NCBI GenBank assembly: GCA_963708295.1
Contig: CAVPSJ010000004.1
Span: 32,001-96,000, forward strand
Source of the DNA: an uncultured delta proteobacterium
GTDB lineage: Bacteria > Desulfobacterota > BSN033 > UBA1163
Direction of reading: 5' to 3'
Length of the DNA stretch: 64,000 nt
In this document: positions 40,907 through 50,253 of the stretch, in pieces
Numbering within the stretch: position 1 is the stretch's first letter
Layout: each line of letters opens with the position of its first letter
Position numbers and translations under genes: made by a program
The notes under the pieces: model-generated
Databases searched by the model: none
The model's input: only the letters and a program-made list of their open reading frames with translations
What the model was told of the DNA's origin: nothing

Positions 40907-41259
40907 AAACCATCTTCATCCGTAAATCACGTAAATCATCAATTCACTACCCTCACCCACACGCTCTTTCGGTAGACGGCGTTGTCGTCGAACGGGGTTG
41001 GCAAAAACGGAGCAAACAGCCGAATTCCAGAGCTTTAGAATGCGCACGGTTAAGGTTAGAGGCTATTCTCCTTGCCACATGAAAGTCTATTCTTTCAGGG
41101 TATGAAGTCCCTGAGTCTTACGGTCCAAAGGTTGCGCTCTAAAGCTTTTTCATCCGTCTGTCTGTTCCGTTTCTCCAGGATTTCTGCCGCTATCCCTGTT
41201 GCGACGCAGCCACTTGTAGGAAGAGGAAAAGAAAAAGAGTTGACAAAACTTGCATTGTG

Positions 41260-41287
41260 GATTATATGATTAATGAATCATATAATC
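41260..41287 (+). promoter_or_regulatory. ArsR/SmtB operator (12-4-12 perfect inverted repeat) overlapping the promoter
   Basis: GATTATATGATT-AATG-AATCATATAATC, downstream of TTGACA at 41240. Confidence 0.85.
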
Positions 41288-41299
41288 ATGGAGGGATTT

Positions 41300-41617
41300 A
41301 TGGAAGAAAGGGTTTTGGAATTGAAGGCTGAGATCTTGAAGGCCCTGGCCCAACCCACCCGCTTGAAGATCCTGGAATTGCTCCGGAACGGAGAAAGATG
41401 TATCTGTGAAATCGTCCCGGCCATTAACGGGGAACAATCCAACATCTCCCGGCATATTTCCTTGATGCAGAAAAGCCATCTGGTTACCACCCGAAAGGAC
41501 GGCGTAAAGGTGATGGTGAAAGTGAGGGACCCGAAGATCTTTGATATCCTGGATAGGGTAAACAGTATTTTAAGAAGCCAGATGAATGAACAGAGCCGAT
41601 TAATTATGGCGATCTAA
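41300..41617 (+). CDS. arsR: ArsR/SmtB family repressor
   Basis: KALAQPTRLKILELL, ERCICE (alpha3 Cys motif), SNISRH. Confidence 0.92.
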   Translation: MEERVLELKAEILKALAQPTRLKILELLRNGERCICEIVPAINGEQSNISRHISLMQKSHLVTTRKDGVKVMVKVRDPKIFDILDRVNSILRSQMNEQSRLIMAI

Positions 41618-41650
41618 CATCTATCAGCATTCTCTTTAAGGAGCAAAGTT

Positions 41651-42598
41651 GTGCTTAAGAAATTTGCAGCATACGTCGTTTTCAACCTGTTTGACTTAGA
41701 GCCGGGCACCCATCTCGGTGAGGCGATCAACTTCTTTATTTATGACACCATGAAGGTATTCATCCTGCTGATCGTGATCATTTTCTTTGTGGCCATTATC
41801 CGCTCCTATTTTCCGCCGGAAAGAACACGGCGCATTCTTTCGCGAAAACGTCAGTATCTCGGCAATGGCCTCGCGGGGCTTCTGGGCATTGTTACACCTT
41901 TTTGCTCCTGTTCCGCAGTCCCTCTTTTCATCGGCTTTGTCGAATCGGGAGTACCTCTCGGGGTCACTTTTTCTTTCCTCATCTCCTCTCCAATGATCAA
42001 TGAGGTTGCCCTGGTTCTCCTCTTGGGACTCTTCGGCTTGAAGATCGCCTTGCTTTATGTAGGGACGGGTTTGCTTGTCTCCATCATCGCCGGCATCGCC
42101 ATTGGGAAACTGAGGATGGAAAAATATGTACAAGACTATATCTACCAGATGAAAGTAGGAAGCGCTGAAATCCCTCAACAGAAGTTCAGAGAAAAGATTG
42201 TGTATGCAAGAGACTATACGAAAGATTTGTTAAAACGGATCTGGCCCTATGTCCTCATTGGCATTGGTGTGGGTGGCTTCATACATGGTTACGTACCCTC
42301 GGACTTCCTGGTCAAGTACGCAGGGCCCGACAACCCCTTTGCTGTTCCTGTAGCGGTCTTGATCGGCGTTCCTCTTTACAGTAATGCCGCCGGAACCATC
42401 CCGATCGTTCAAGCGCTAATGGGAAAAGGGATGCCCATTGGCACGGTGTTGGCCTTTATGATGGCGGTCACCGCGCTTTCTTTTCCTGAAGCGGTCATAT
42501 TGAAGAATGTACTGAAGATGCGGCTTCTCTTAATCTTCTTTGGTATTGTCGCCGCAGCCATTGTCGCAGTGGGCTACCTTTTTAATGCTATCTTGTAA
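41651..42598 (+). CDS. ArsP/DUF318 family permease
   Basis: TPFCSCSAVPLF, FLISSPMINE, GVPLYSN, ALSFPE. Confidence 0.92.
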   Translation: MLKKFAAYVVFNLFDLEPGTHLGEAINFFIYDTMKVFILLIVIIFFVAIIRSYFPPERTRRILSRKRQYLGNGLAGLLGIVTPFCSCSAVPLFIGFVESGVPLGVTFSFLISSPMINEVALVLLLGLFGLKIALLYVGTGLLVSIIAGIAIGKLRMEKYVQDYIYQMKVGSAEIPQQKFREKIVYARDYTKDLLKRIWPYVLIGIGVGGFIHGYVPSDFLVKYAGPDNPFAVPVAVLIGVPLYSNAAGTIPIVQALMGKGMPIGTVLAFMMAVTALSFPEAVILKNVLKMRLLLIFFGIVAAAIVAVGYLFNAIL

Positions 42599-42625
42599 AT
42601 TATCCAAACTGGAGAGGAGACAGAA

Positions 42626-42856
42626 ATGAAAATTGAAGTGTTAGGGATGGGCTGTGCAAATTGCAATAAACTGTACGAAAATGCTCTTGAGGCGGTCAAG
42701 CTAAGCGGGAAAGAGGTTGAAGTTGGCAAGGTTGAAGACATCAAAAAGATCATGGGCTATGGCGTCCTATCCACACCGGCCCTGGTGATAGACGGCGTGG
42801 TGAAAGTGGCGGGAAAGGTTCCAAAAGTAGAAGAGATTAAGGGTTGGATTAAATAA
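42626..42856 (+). CDS. small thioredoxin-like protein (MTH895/TM0996 type)
   Basis: LGMGCANC, YGVLSTPALVIDG. Confidence 0.92.
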   Translation: MKIEVLGMGCANCNKLYENALEAVKLSGKEVEVGKVEDIKKIMGYGVLSTPALVIDGVVKVAGKVPKVEEIKGWIK

Positions 42857-43012
42857 GCCCCGTTAGAAAGTTTTCTACTCTCTAACGGGAAGGTTTACAC
42901 GGGGCATTAAACCCTGTGTTCCCTCGTTTAGAGATAAATCTCTAATGGGGTTCGATCAAAAAAATAGTCTTTATCCCCGCGACAAGCGGCGGGGCTCTCT
43001 AACGGGGTAAAG
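42857..43012. repeat. CCCCGTTAGA...TCTAACGGGG composite inverted-repeat element
   Basis: nested CCCCGTTAGAAA / CTCTAACGGG(G) arms; second copy at 45927-46025. Confidence 0.7.
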
Positions 43013-43024
43013 AGAGGGGAAAAA

Positions 43025-43411
43025 ATGGATGGAAAATGCCTTTGTGAACCGAATGAAATTTTGATTTTTTCTTGCGCCGGCAGCTCCAATGTCGGCCAGA
43101 TCGCCAATCAAGCTGCTGTTAGACTGGCCCAAGAGGGTGTCGGAAGGTATTTCTGTCTTGCAGGGATCGGGGGCCATGTCAGTGGGATGATCGAATCGAC
43201 TAAAGCAGGCAAGATGTTAATCGCCATTGATGGCTGCCCCGTGGGGTGCGGCAAGAAAACCCTGGAGCACGCGGGTTTCAATATCGATGAATATGTCCAG
43301 GTCACCGAGCTGGGTTTTGAGAAAAACCATGATTTGAACGTTTTCGGTCCTGACGTTGGGAAAGTGAGGGATCACGTGACATCCCTCGTTTCAAAAAGGA
43401 GAGGCATCTGA
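43025..43411 (+). CDS. DGC domain putative zinc-binding protein
   Basis: FSCAGSSNVGQ, CLAGIG, IDGCPVGCG. Confidence 0.9.
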   Translation: MDGKCLCEPNEILIFSCAGSSNVGQIANQAAVRLAQEGVGRYFCLAGIGGHVSGMIESTKAGKMLIAIDGCPVGCGKKTLEHAGFNIDEYVQVTELGFEKNHDLNVFGPDVGKVRDHVTSLVSKRRGI

Positions 43412-43496
43412 GGCAAAGCTCAGGTCGATATGGAAGAAAAAGCGCCTCTCATATGTCGGATTTTCTGATAATTAGACTCAAAGGAGGAAACACACC

Positions 43497-44099
43497 ATGT
43501 TAGACAAAGAATTGTTGGGGTTCGGACAGAAATTTCACGGACACAAATGCCCGGCGATGCCGATGGGCCTGCGGGCTGGTTTGGCTGCCATGGGAAAGCT
43601 TGGAGTGAAGCATGCTCCTGATGGTCAATTGGAAGCGATTCTGGAACTGGATGAAGAGCACTGTGCGACCTGCTTCGCGGACGGCGTTCAGGTTGCGACT
43701 GGCTGCACTTACGGCAAAGGGAATATCAAGCGCCTTGGTTACGGGAAATGGGGCCTGACTCTGATCGATAAGAGGACCAAGCGAGCCGTGAGAGTCGTTC
43801 CGAAGACCGAAGCCATGATGAAGAATAAGCAGTCTAAATTCATGGAACTGCGTAAATCCGGCACACCTGCCTCACAGGTCCCCGCAGAGATTGCCGATCC
43901 GCTAGTGGAAATGGTTTCCAATGCTCCTGATGAGATGCTTCTCAAGATCGGAGAAGTTTTCCTCTACGAGTTGAAGGAATCGGCGCACACGTTTGAATCG
44001 GTAGTCTGCGACCAGTGTGGTGAGATGGTGGTTGAACGTAATGCCCGGTTAAAGGAAGGGAAAGTCGTCTGCATTCCCTGCTCAGGTTACGAGGACTGA
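43497..44099 (+). CDS. FmdE family protein with C-terminal Zn finger (copy 1)
   Basis: FHGHKCP, CFADGVQVATGCTYGKGN, CDQCGE...CIPC. Confidence 0.92.
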   Translation: MLDKELLGFGQKFHGHKCPAMPMGLRAGLAAMGKLGVKHAPDGQLEAILELDEEHCATCFADGVQVATGCTYGKGNIKRLGYGKWGLTLIDKRTKRAVRVVPKTEAMMKNKQSKFMELRKSGTPASQVPAEIADPLVEMVSNAPDEMLLKIGEVFLYELKESAHTFESVVCDQCGEMVVERNARLKEGKVVCIPCSGYED

Positions 44100-44165
44100 G
44101 AAACATGGGAAGCTTCGCTCTTGAAGCCTCCCATGAATGTGTTGTTTACAAGGCAGGAGATTTCA

Positions 44166-44915
44166 ATGACTACGATCATTATTGCGTCGATTTTGGTTCT
44201 CCTGTTCACGACGGTATTAACCATTGCTGGTGTAGGAGCAGCGTTTATCATTATCCCCACCTTCTATTGGTTAGGCATACCTCTCAAAGAAGCGATGGCC
44301 GTGGCCTTGCTTCTGAATACCTTCAGCATGGTCTTTGCCTCGGCGAATTACATCCGTCGCAAGCTGGTGGTTTTCCAAACGGCAATTCCTATTATCGTCC
44401 TTGCCATCATCTTTTCACCCCTCGGCGCTTATTCAACCAGGTTCTTCCCAGAAAAGGTGCTATTGGGTCTCTTTATTGCCTTTCTGGTCTTCGCAGGTTC
44501 CATGATGTTATTTTATCGCCCAAAACAAAAAGTTCCGTCAGAATCGGTCAGGAAGGAATTGGTATCAGGTATCGCGACCGGGACCTTTGCTGGATATCTC
44601 GGAGGATTGCTCGGCGTGGGAGGAGGGAACTTCATCGTCCCCGCTCTGGTTTGGCTGGGATTTGATCCGAAGAAGGCATCAGCGACAACCGCTTTCATTG
44701 TGATTTTTTCTTCATTAAGCGGCTTTTTGGGTCATGCCACGACGGGCCATGTGAATTTGACCCTCCTTTCGTTCTCAGCCATCGGTTCCATTGCCGGAGC
44801 ACTGATAGGCTCCTGGCTCATGACCGAGAAGCTCCAAAGCAAACATGTGAAAATGATCATCGGGATAGTTCTCTATGGGATTGCCATCAAAATGGCATGG
44901 GGGGGCATTTTCTAA
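44166..44915 (+). CDS. TauE/SafE (TSUP) family membrane transporter
   Basis: AGVGAAFIIIP and GLLGVGGGNFIVP repeats; AGGAG RBS before 44166. Confidence 0.9.
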   Translation: MTTIIIASILVLLFTTVLTIAGVGAAFIIIPTFYWLGIPLKEAMAVALLLNTFSMVFASANYIRRKLVVFQTAIPIIVLAIIFSPLGAYSTRFFPEKVLLGLFIAFLVFAGSMMLFYRPKQKVPSESVRKELVSGIATGTFAGYLGGLLGVGGGNFIVPALVWLGFDPKKASATTAFIVIFSSLSGFLGHATTGHVNLTLLSFSAIGSIAGALIGSWLMTEKLQSKHVKMIIGIVLYGIAIKMAWGGIF

Positions 44916-45073
44916 TTCTAAAAAGATGCGAGAAGAACATAATTTACTATAACACAGGAATTTATCCTTGATGATACAGGATGATCCTGCCTGGAGATTC
45001 ACAGCTTACTGGAAATGTTTAAAATGGATTGGGATTCAAAATTCACTCAGCGACATTCTGCAGGGAGGAAACG

Positions 45074-45676
45074 ATGGACGACAGAGATATCTTGATGGAC
45101 GCACTGAAGTTTCATGGGCACAAATGCTGGGCAAGCGTGGCCGGCGTGCGTGTCGGGTTAGCAGCGGTGCGGACGTTGGGCGTGAAACGTGCTGGCGGCA
45201 CGCAGCTTTTCGGCATCGTGGAAATCGGAGAAGACCACGGCGGAATGTGCTTTGGCGATGGCGTGCAATATACCACCGGCTGCACCTTTGGTAAAGGTAA
45301 TATTCGTAAGGAGCCCTATGGCAAGCTCGCCCTCACGCTGATTGATAAAGCCACAAACCGATCTGTTCGCGTCAGTTACAAGGCCACGCTGCAAAAGCAA
45401 ATTGGGGAATCCGCTTTTATGCGCAAACGAGGCCTTGGCGTCATGCCGGATGAAATTCCGATTGAAGAACAGATGGAGCTGGTGAACCTCGTCTGGGATG
45501 CACCCGAAGCGGACATCCTCACCATCGGCGAGGTGGCCACGTACAAAGGAGAATGGTTCCCCGAGTTGATGGGTTTTAAGCCGTGTGCAGGCTGCGGTGA
45601 GCTCACCGCCCATGCGTACCTCCGCGTGGTGGGCGACAAGTACGTCTGTATCCCGTGCTCGGGCTACGACCGCTAA
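45074..45676 (+). CDS. FmdE family protein with C-terminal Zn finger (copy 2)
   Basis: FHGHKCW, CFGDGVQYTTGCTFGKGN, CAGCGE...CIPC; GGAGG RBS. Confidence 0.92.
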   Translation: MDDRDILMDALKFHGHKCWASVAGVRVGLAAVRTLGVKRAGGTQLFGIVEIGEDHGGMCFGDGVQYTTGCTFGKGNIRKEPYGKLALTLIDKATNRSVRVSYKATLQKQIGESAFMRKRGLGVMPDEIPIEEQMELVNLVWDAPEADILTIGEVATYKGEWFPELMGFKPCAGCGELTAHAYLRVVGDKYVCIPCSGYDR

Positions 45677-45723
45677 TTGCAACTACTTTTTCTTGACGCG
45701 ACGAATCGGAGGGAGGAGACAGG

Positions 45724-45936
45724 TTGAATATCAAGAAGGTTGTGCTAACTCTTTACCCTGAGGAAACCCTGAGGCTTACGAGAATCCTTCTTGGCGAAGA
45801 CAAAGACGAAGCTCTCGCATTCCTTAAGGAATGTCTGAAGCCTCAATTTGATCACGCAACCCGGGATCATTGAGTGCCGGTCTTTGAGGCTTCGTATAAG
45901 CCTTCTCAAAAGGACACCTTCGGTAAGCCCCGTTAG
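45724..45936 (+). CDS. candidate 70-aa selenoprotein (RDH-U-VPVFE), absent from ORF track
   Basis: GGAGG RBS + TTG; in-frame TGA 45871-45873; hairpin TTTGAGGCTT-CGTAT-AAGCCTTCTCAAA just downstream; similarity to the adjacent paralog continues past the TGA. Confidence 0.75.
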
Positions 45937-46025
45937 AAATTCCGGCGGGACGTTAATCTCCACAGGAATTATTCTAAAATTTAACGCCCTTCAGAGCAGC
46001 GGGACATTCTTTCTAACGGGGTAAA
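45927..46025. repeat. CCCCGTTAGA...TCTAACGGGG inverted-repeat element
   Basis: terminal arms CCCCGTTAGAAA and TTTCTAACGGGG. Confidence 0.7.
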
Positions 46026-46047
46026 CATCAGCAGTCGGAGGGGAGAA

Positions 46048-46221
46048 ATGGCGAACGAACCAATCATACTCAAATTGACTCCTGAAGATGTTCTAAGACT
46101 CACCAGGATCCTTCTCGACGAGGATAAGGAAGAGGCCGTTCTGTTTCTCAAACAATGTCTCAAACCTCAAATCGATCAGGCTGCAAGAGGCCATTTAATT
46201 CGTTCTTTCGAAGGTCCCTAA
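46048..46221 (+). CDS. 57-aa paralog of the upstream candidate selenoprotein (Leu at the Sec position)
   Basis: GGAGG RBS; MANEPIILKLTPEDVLRLTRILLDEDKEEAVLFLKQCLKPQIDQAARGHLIRSFEGP. Confidence 0.75.
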   Translation: MANEPIILKLTPEDVLRLTRILLDEDKEEAVLFLKQCLKPQIDQAARGHLIRSFEGP

Positions 46222-46245
46222 TGCCCCCACAGGAGAGGAGAACCG

Positions 46246-46644
46246 ATGAAGAAGGGAAATGTACTATTTTTGACGTTACTGATCTTCACGATCTTGGCCT
46301 TTTCCTATCAAGCCACTTTCTCAGAGCCTTCCATAGACCAACGGTTTCCAAAAAAAATTGCCCAAAGTCCTCTTCCGAAGCTCCTGGATTTTGGGAGGGG
46401 TATTTGCATTCCCTGTAAGAAGATGGCTCCCGTTCTTCAAGAATTGTCCGAGGAGTATAAAGGCAGGGTCATCATTGAAATAATTGAAATTGACAGGGAA
46501 AAGGAGCTTACCCGGACAAACCGGATCCGCCTTATTCCGACACAAATCTTCTTTGATTCAAAAAATAAGGAGGTTTTCCGGCATGAGGGGTTTATGGACA
46601 AAGAGGCAATCAAGAAAGTTTTCCAGCAAATGGGAGTTCAATGA
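46246..46644 (+). CDS. exported thioredoxin family protein
   Basis: signal peptide, DFGRGICIPCKKM, LIPTQIFFD. Confidence 0.9.
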   Translation: MKKGNVLFLTLLIFTILAFSYQATFSEPSIDQRFPKKIAQSPLPKLLDFGRGICIPCKKMAPVLQELSEEYKGRVIIEIIEIDREKELTRTNRIRLIPTQIFFDSKNKEVFRHEGFMDKEAIKKVFQQMGVQ

Positions 46645-46647
46645 CCC

Positions 46648-47344
46648 ATGGAAACCCTCATTAACCATCTCTCGCAATCACTTACGGAAAACCCTCTTCT
46701 TGCCTATCTCGGTGTTTTCCTGGGAGGGATTCTCTCCTCTTCAAGTCCCTGCGTCCTGGCCACCATCCCATTGGTAATCGGCTACGTGGGAGGCTATTCA
46801 GAGGGAAACCGGCGTAAAGCTCTTTTATACTCCCTTGCCTTCATCTTTGGTCTCTCTCTCACATTTACAGTATTAGGAGCTATTGCATCCGTGATCGGAG
46901 GCCTCTTCGGGATAATCAGCCGCACCTGGTACTTCGTTGTGGGCGGAATCGCTGTTGCCATCGGTCTTCAATTGGTCGGGCTTTATGAATTCAACCTTCC
47001 TACTCCCGGTCACCTTCAACCCAAACAGAGGGGTTTATTGGGAGCATTCATCCTTGGTCTCATCTTCGGTATTGTGTCCTCACCCTGTGCGACTCCGATA
47101 TTGGCTTTGATTCTGACCTTTGTTGCCACAAAGGGTGAAGATCGTTTACGGAACTTCGTTATTGTTTATTTATGCTCTCGGCCACTGCGCCCTGATCTTT
47201 TTGGCTGGGACGGCAACAGGTTTTGCTGAAAGTTTCATCAAGTCAAAAGGGATCTCAAATCTCGCCACCTGGGGGAAAAGGATCGGGGGCTCAATCGTCG
47301 TCCTGGTGGGAGTTTATATGTTTTATTTAGGGATCACGCTTTAG
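46648..47344 (+). CDS. ccdA: CcdA/DsbD-type membrane electron transporter, frameshift near 47135
   Basis: SSPCVLATIP and SSPCATP; C-terminus continues in ORF 47120-47344. Confidence 0.88.
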
Positions 47345-47355
47345 TCAGGGTCAAA

Positions 47356-47892
47356 ATGTTACTCAATTCATACAAAATCACACGGACGCTTCCCTGCTTG
47401 GCCGATCCTGAGAAGATCCGGGTGATTGCAGAAATATCGGATGAAATCCATGAGGTATTTCCTTATCTGAATGCCACCCTCAAAGGATGTATCTACAATC
47501 ATCCGGCTTTGACATTAACCATTAAAAAGGACGGAAAATTGTTCACCCTCCACGCACACCATATTACGTTAGCCAAAATAGAAGATGAGAAGGAAGCCGA
47601 GGAGATTCTGGGATGGTTGAAGAATCTGATTAACGAAACATATGAGAAACGAGATCGGATCGAGCCCAACTTTTCCAAGGGTGCGGAGCTGAAGGCATTG
47701 GATATTTTTAAACTCCTCCCCGGGACAAATTGCAGAAAATGCGGCGAACCGACCTGCCTTGCCTTTGCTGTCAGATTGGTTGGCCAGGAGATTGACGTTA
47801 TGAAATGCATCCCCCTCTTTTCAGAAAAGTATCAGGAGAAGCGTAAAGTGCTGTCCGAGCTGCTTCATGCCGCGGGATACAAAATAGATTGA
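47356..47892 (+). CDS. Fe-S cluster domain protein
   Basis: EVFPYLNA; LPGTNCRKCGEPTCLAFA...C. Confidence 0.85.
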   Translation: MLLNSYKITRTLPCLADPEKIRVIAEISDEIHEVFPYLNATLKGCIYNHPALTLTIKKDGKLFTLHAHHITLAKIEDEKEAEEILGWLKNLINETYEKRDRIEPNFSKGAELKALDIFKLLPGTNCRKCGEPTCLAFAVRLVGQEIDVMKCIPLFSEKYQEKRKVLSELLHAAGYKID

Positions 47893-47910
47893 TAAAGGAG
47901 GATCCTGAAG

Positions 47911-49006
47911 ATGGCTGAGGAACAAACTGCTCGAAAACTCTCTTTCCTGGATCGGTTTCTGACGTTGTGGATTTTTCTCGCGATGCTTGTCGGTGTGGGC
48001 TGGGGCTATCTCTTTCCGGGTGTGGTCGGCTTCTGGAATCAATTTCAGGTGGGAACGACCAATATCCCCATTGCCATCGGGCTCATTCTGATGATGTATC
48101 CACCGCTGGCTAAAGTGAGATACGAGAAACTGGGCCAGGTATTCCGGGATTTCAAGGTGCTGGGTTTGTCCCTGGTTCAGAACTGGATCATTGGGCCCAT
48201 CCTCATGTTCCTTCTCGCCATTACCTTTCTTTCCGGATACCACGAATACATGGTCGGCTTGATTTTGATCGGGCTGGCCAGATGCATCGCCATGGTCATC
48301 GTTTGGAATGACCTAGCCTCCGGAGACAGAGAATACTGCGCCGGACTTGTGGCCTTCAATTCGATCTTTCAAGTCCTTTTCTTCTCAGTTTATGCCTACA
48401 TATTCATTACCGTCCTGCCACCCTGGCTGGGACTGAAGGGAATGGCGGTCAAGATCACGATCGGTCAGATCGCAGAGAGCGTCTTCATTTATTTAGGGAT
48501 TCCTTTCATCGCTGGTGTCCTTTCGAGGATCATCGGCCTCAAGACGCTTGGACGGGAATGGTACGAGGAGAAATTCATCCCCAAGATCAGTCCAATCACC
48601 TTGATTGCCCTCCTCTTTACGATCCTGGTTATGTTCTCCCTAAAAGGAGAATTCATTGTTCAGCTTCCACTCCATGTCGTCCGGGTGGCGATTCCATTAT
48701 TCATCTACTTCGTGGTCATGTTCTTTGTCTCCTTCTACTTGTCGATGAAGGTGGGGGCCACTTACGAACAGTCCACCACACTCAGCTTCACCGCAGCCTC
48801 GAACAACTTTGAACTGGCTATTGCCGTGGCAGTGGCAGTATTTGGAGTCAATTCCGGCCAGGCCTTTGCTGCCGTCATCGGTCCTCTCTTGGAGGTCCCT
48901 GTTTTGATCAGTCTGGTCAACGTGGCCCTCTGGTTTAAGAAGAAAATATTTCCCCTATGCGGTGGAAACTCCGACCGGGGTCTGTCATGTGACCTGCGAA
49001 CCATGA
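47911..49006 (+). CDS. acr3: Acr3 family arsenite efflux transporter; C-terminal frameshift in A-run near 48945
   Basis: [42 protein letters not shown]; corrected end [19 protein letters not shown]. Confidence 0.95.
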
Positions 49007-49060
49007 AGGAGATGGACCAGAAAAATAGGAGTCATATCAGCACTGAAGGAGGAATATTTC

Positions 49061-49625
49061 ATGGTTGAAAAAGACGTAACCTTTAAAGTTATTTGTTGTA
49101 CCGACACTTCCGACTGTTGCAAGCCTGTACAGGAGGATAAGTCTGAGCGGAGGAAAATAGAGATCGATTTTCTGTACCTGGATCTAAGCGTCTGCACAAG
49201 GTGCCAGGGTACGGATAACAGCTTGGACGAAGCGATTGCAGAGGTCTCACAAATCCTCAAAGCTACGGATGTCGACGTGGTAGTGAACAAGATTAATGTG
49301 ACAACTGAGGAGCAGGCGGAAGCCTTACAGTTTGAGAGCTCGCCGACTATCCGTGTCAACGGGAGAGACATCCAGCTGGAGTGAAGGAGAGCCTCTGTGA
49401 ATCCTGTGGAGACCTGTGCGGAGATGAGGTGGACTGCAGGGTCTGGGTCTACCACGGGAAGGAATACACCGTCTCCTCCTAAAGCCATGATTATCGAAGC
49501 TATTCTACGCGAAGTTTACGGGAGTCCTCGTGACAAGGCAGGAGGTAAATAAGAAAGGTTACCGATTGCCGGACAACCTCAGGAAGTTTTTTGCGTCAAT
49601 GCATGGGAAACAAGGAGCAGAATAA
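49061..49625 (+). CDS. DUF2703 family thioredoxin-fold protein with several frameshifts
   Basis: [23 protein letters not shown], then shifted [31 protein letters not shown]. Confidence 0.8.
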
Positions 49626-49685
49626 TCAGGTTAGCCTTTGTTCTGAGACCCCAATCTCCCACCAAGTCAGGAGGTGTGAATCCTT

Positions 49686-50090
49686 ATGAAGAAGCAACCG
49701 AAAACGATTGCGTTCATCTGTGTTGAAAATGCCCGGCGAAGTCAAATGGCACAAGGGTTTGCTGAAGCCCTTGGAAAAGGGAAAGTAGAGGTTTACAGCG
49801 CGGGCTCACGTCCCTCTTCTCAGATCGATCCACTGGTCATCGAGGTCATGAAAGAGAAAGGAATTGATCTCTCCGGCAAACGCCCAAAAGGGCTGAATGA
49901 TCTTCCTCCTATCGAGATGGATTATCTCGTTACGATGGGGTGCGAGGAAACCTGCCCAGCCGTCCTGGCGAAAAAGATCATCGAGTGGGAAATCCCCGAT
50001 CCCAAAGGAAAGCCCATTGATGAAGTCCGGAGGATCAGGGATGTGTTGGAGGCGAAAGTAAAAATGCTTCTTGAAGAGGTCGAATCGTGA
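49686..50090 (+). CDS. arsC: arsenate reductase (LMW-PTP/thioredoxin-coupled type)
   Basis: FICVENARRSQMA, VTMGCEETCP, WEIPDP. Confidence 0.9.
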   Translation: MKKQPKTIAFICVENARRSQMAQGFAEALGKGKVEVYSAGSRPSSQIDPLVIEVMKEKGIDLSGKRPKGLNDLPPIEMDYLVTMGCEETCPAVLAKKIIEWEIPDPKGKPIDEVRRIRDVLEAKVKMLLEEVES

Positions 50091-50253
50091 GAAGATTTTT
50101 GGAGAGGTCAACGGCCCCAGCTTCATCTGCAATATGCTGTCTACCTGAATGAAAGTTTACTCATTGAGAAAGGAGGGGAATGACGGATCAGAGGGGTCAT
50201 GAAGGCATTGCAGCTGCTGGATGAAAAATTACTCGAAGAAAGGGAGGTTGTAA

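Noticed and set aside
43448-43472. Imperfect palindrome upstream of FmdE-1 as a second ArsR operator
   Set aside because: Weak symmetry and little match to the 41260-41287 operator.
49382-49384. TGA ending the DUF2703 ORF as possible Sec
   Set aside because: Family-like sequence (VKESLCESC) continues in a different frame, so this is an indel, not read-through.
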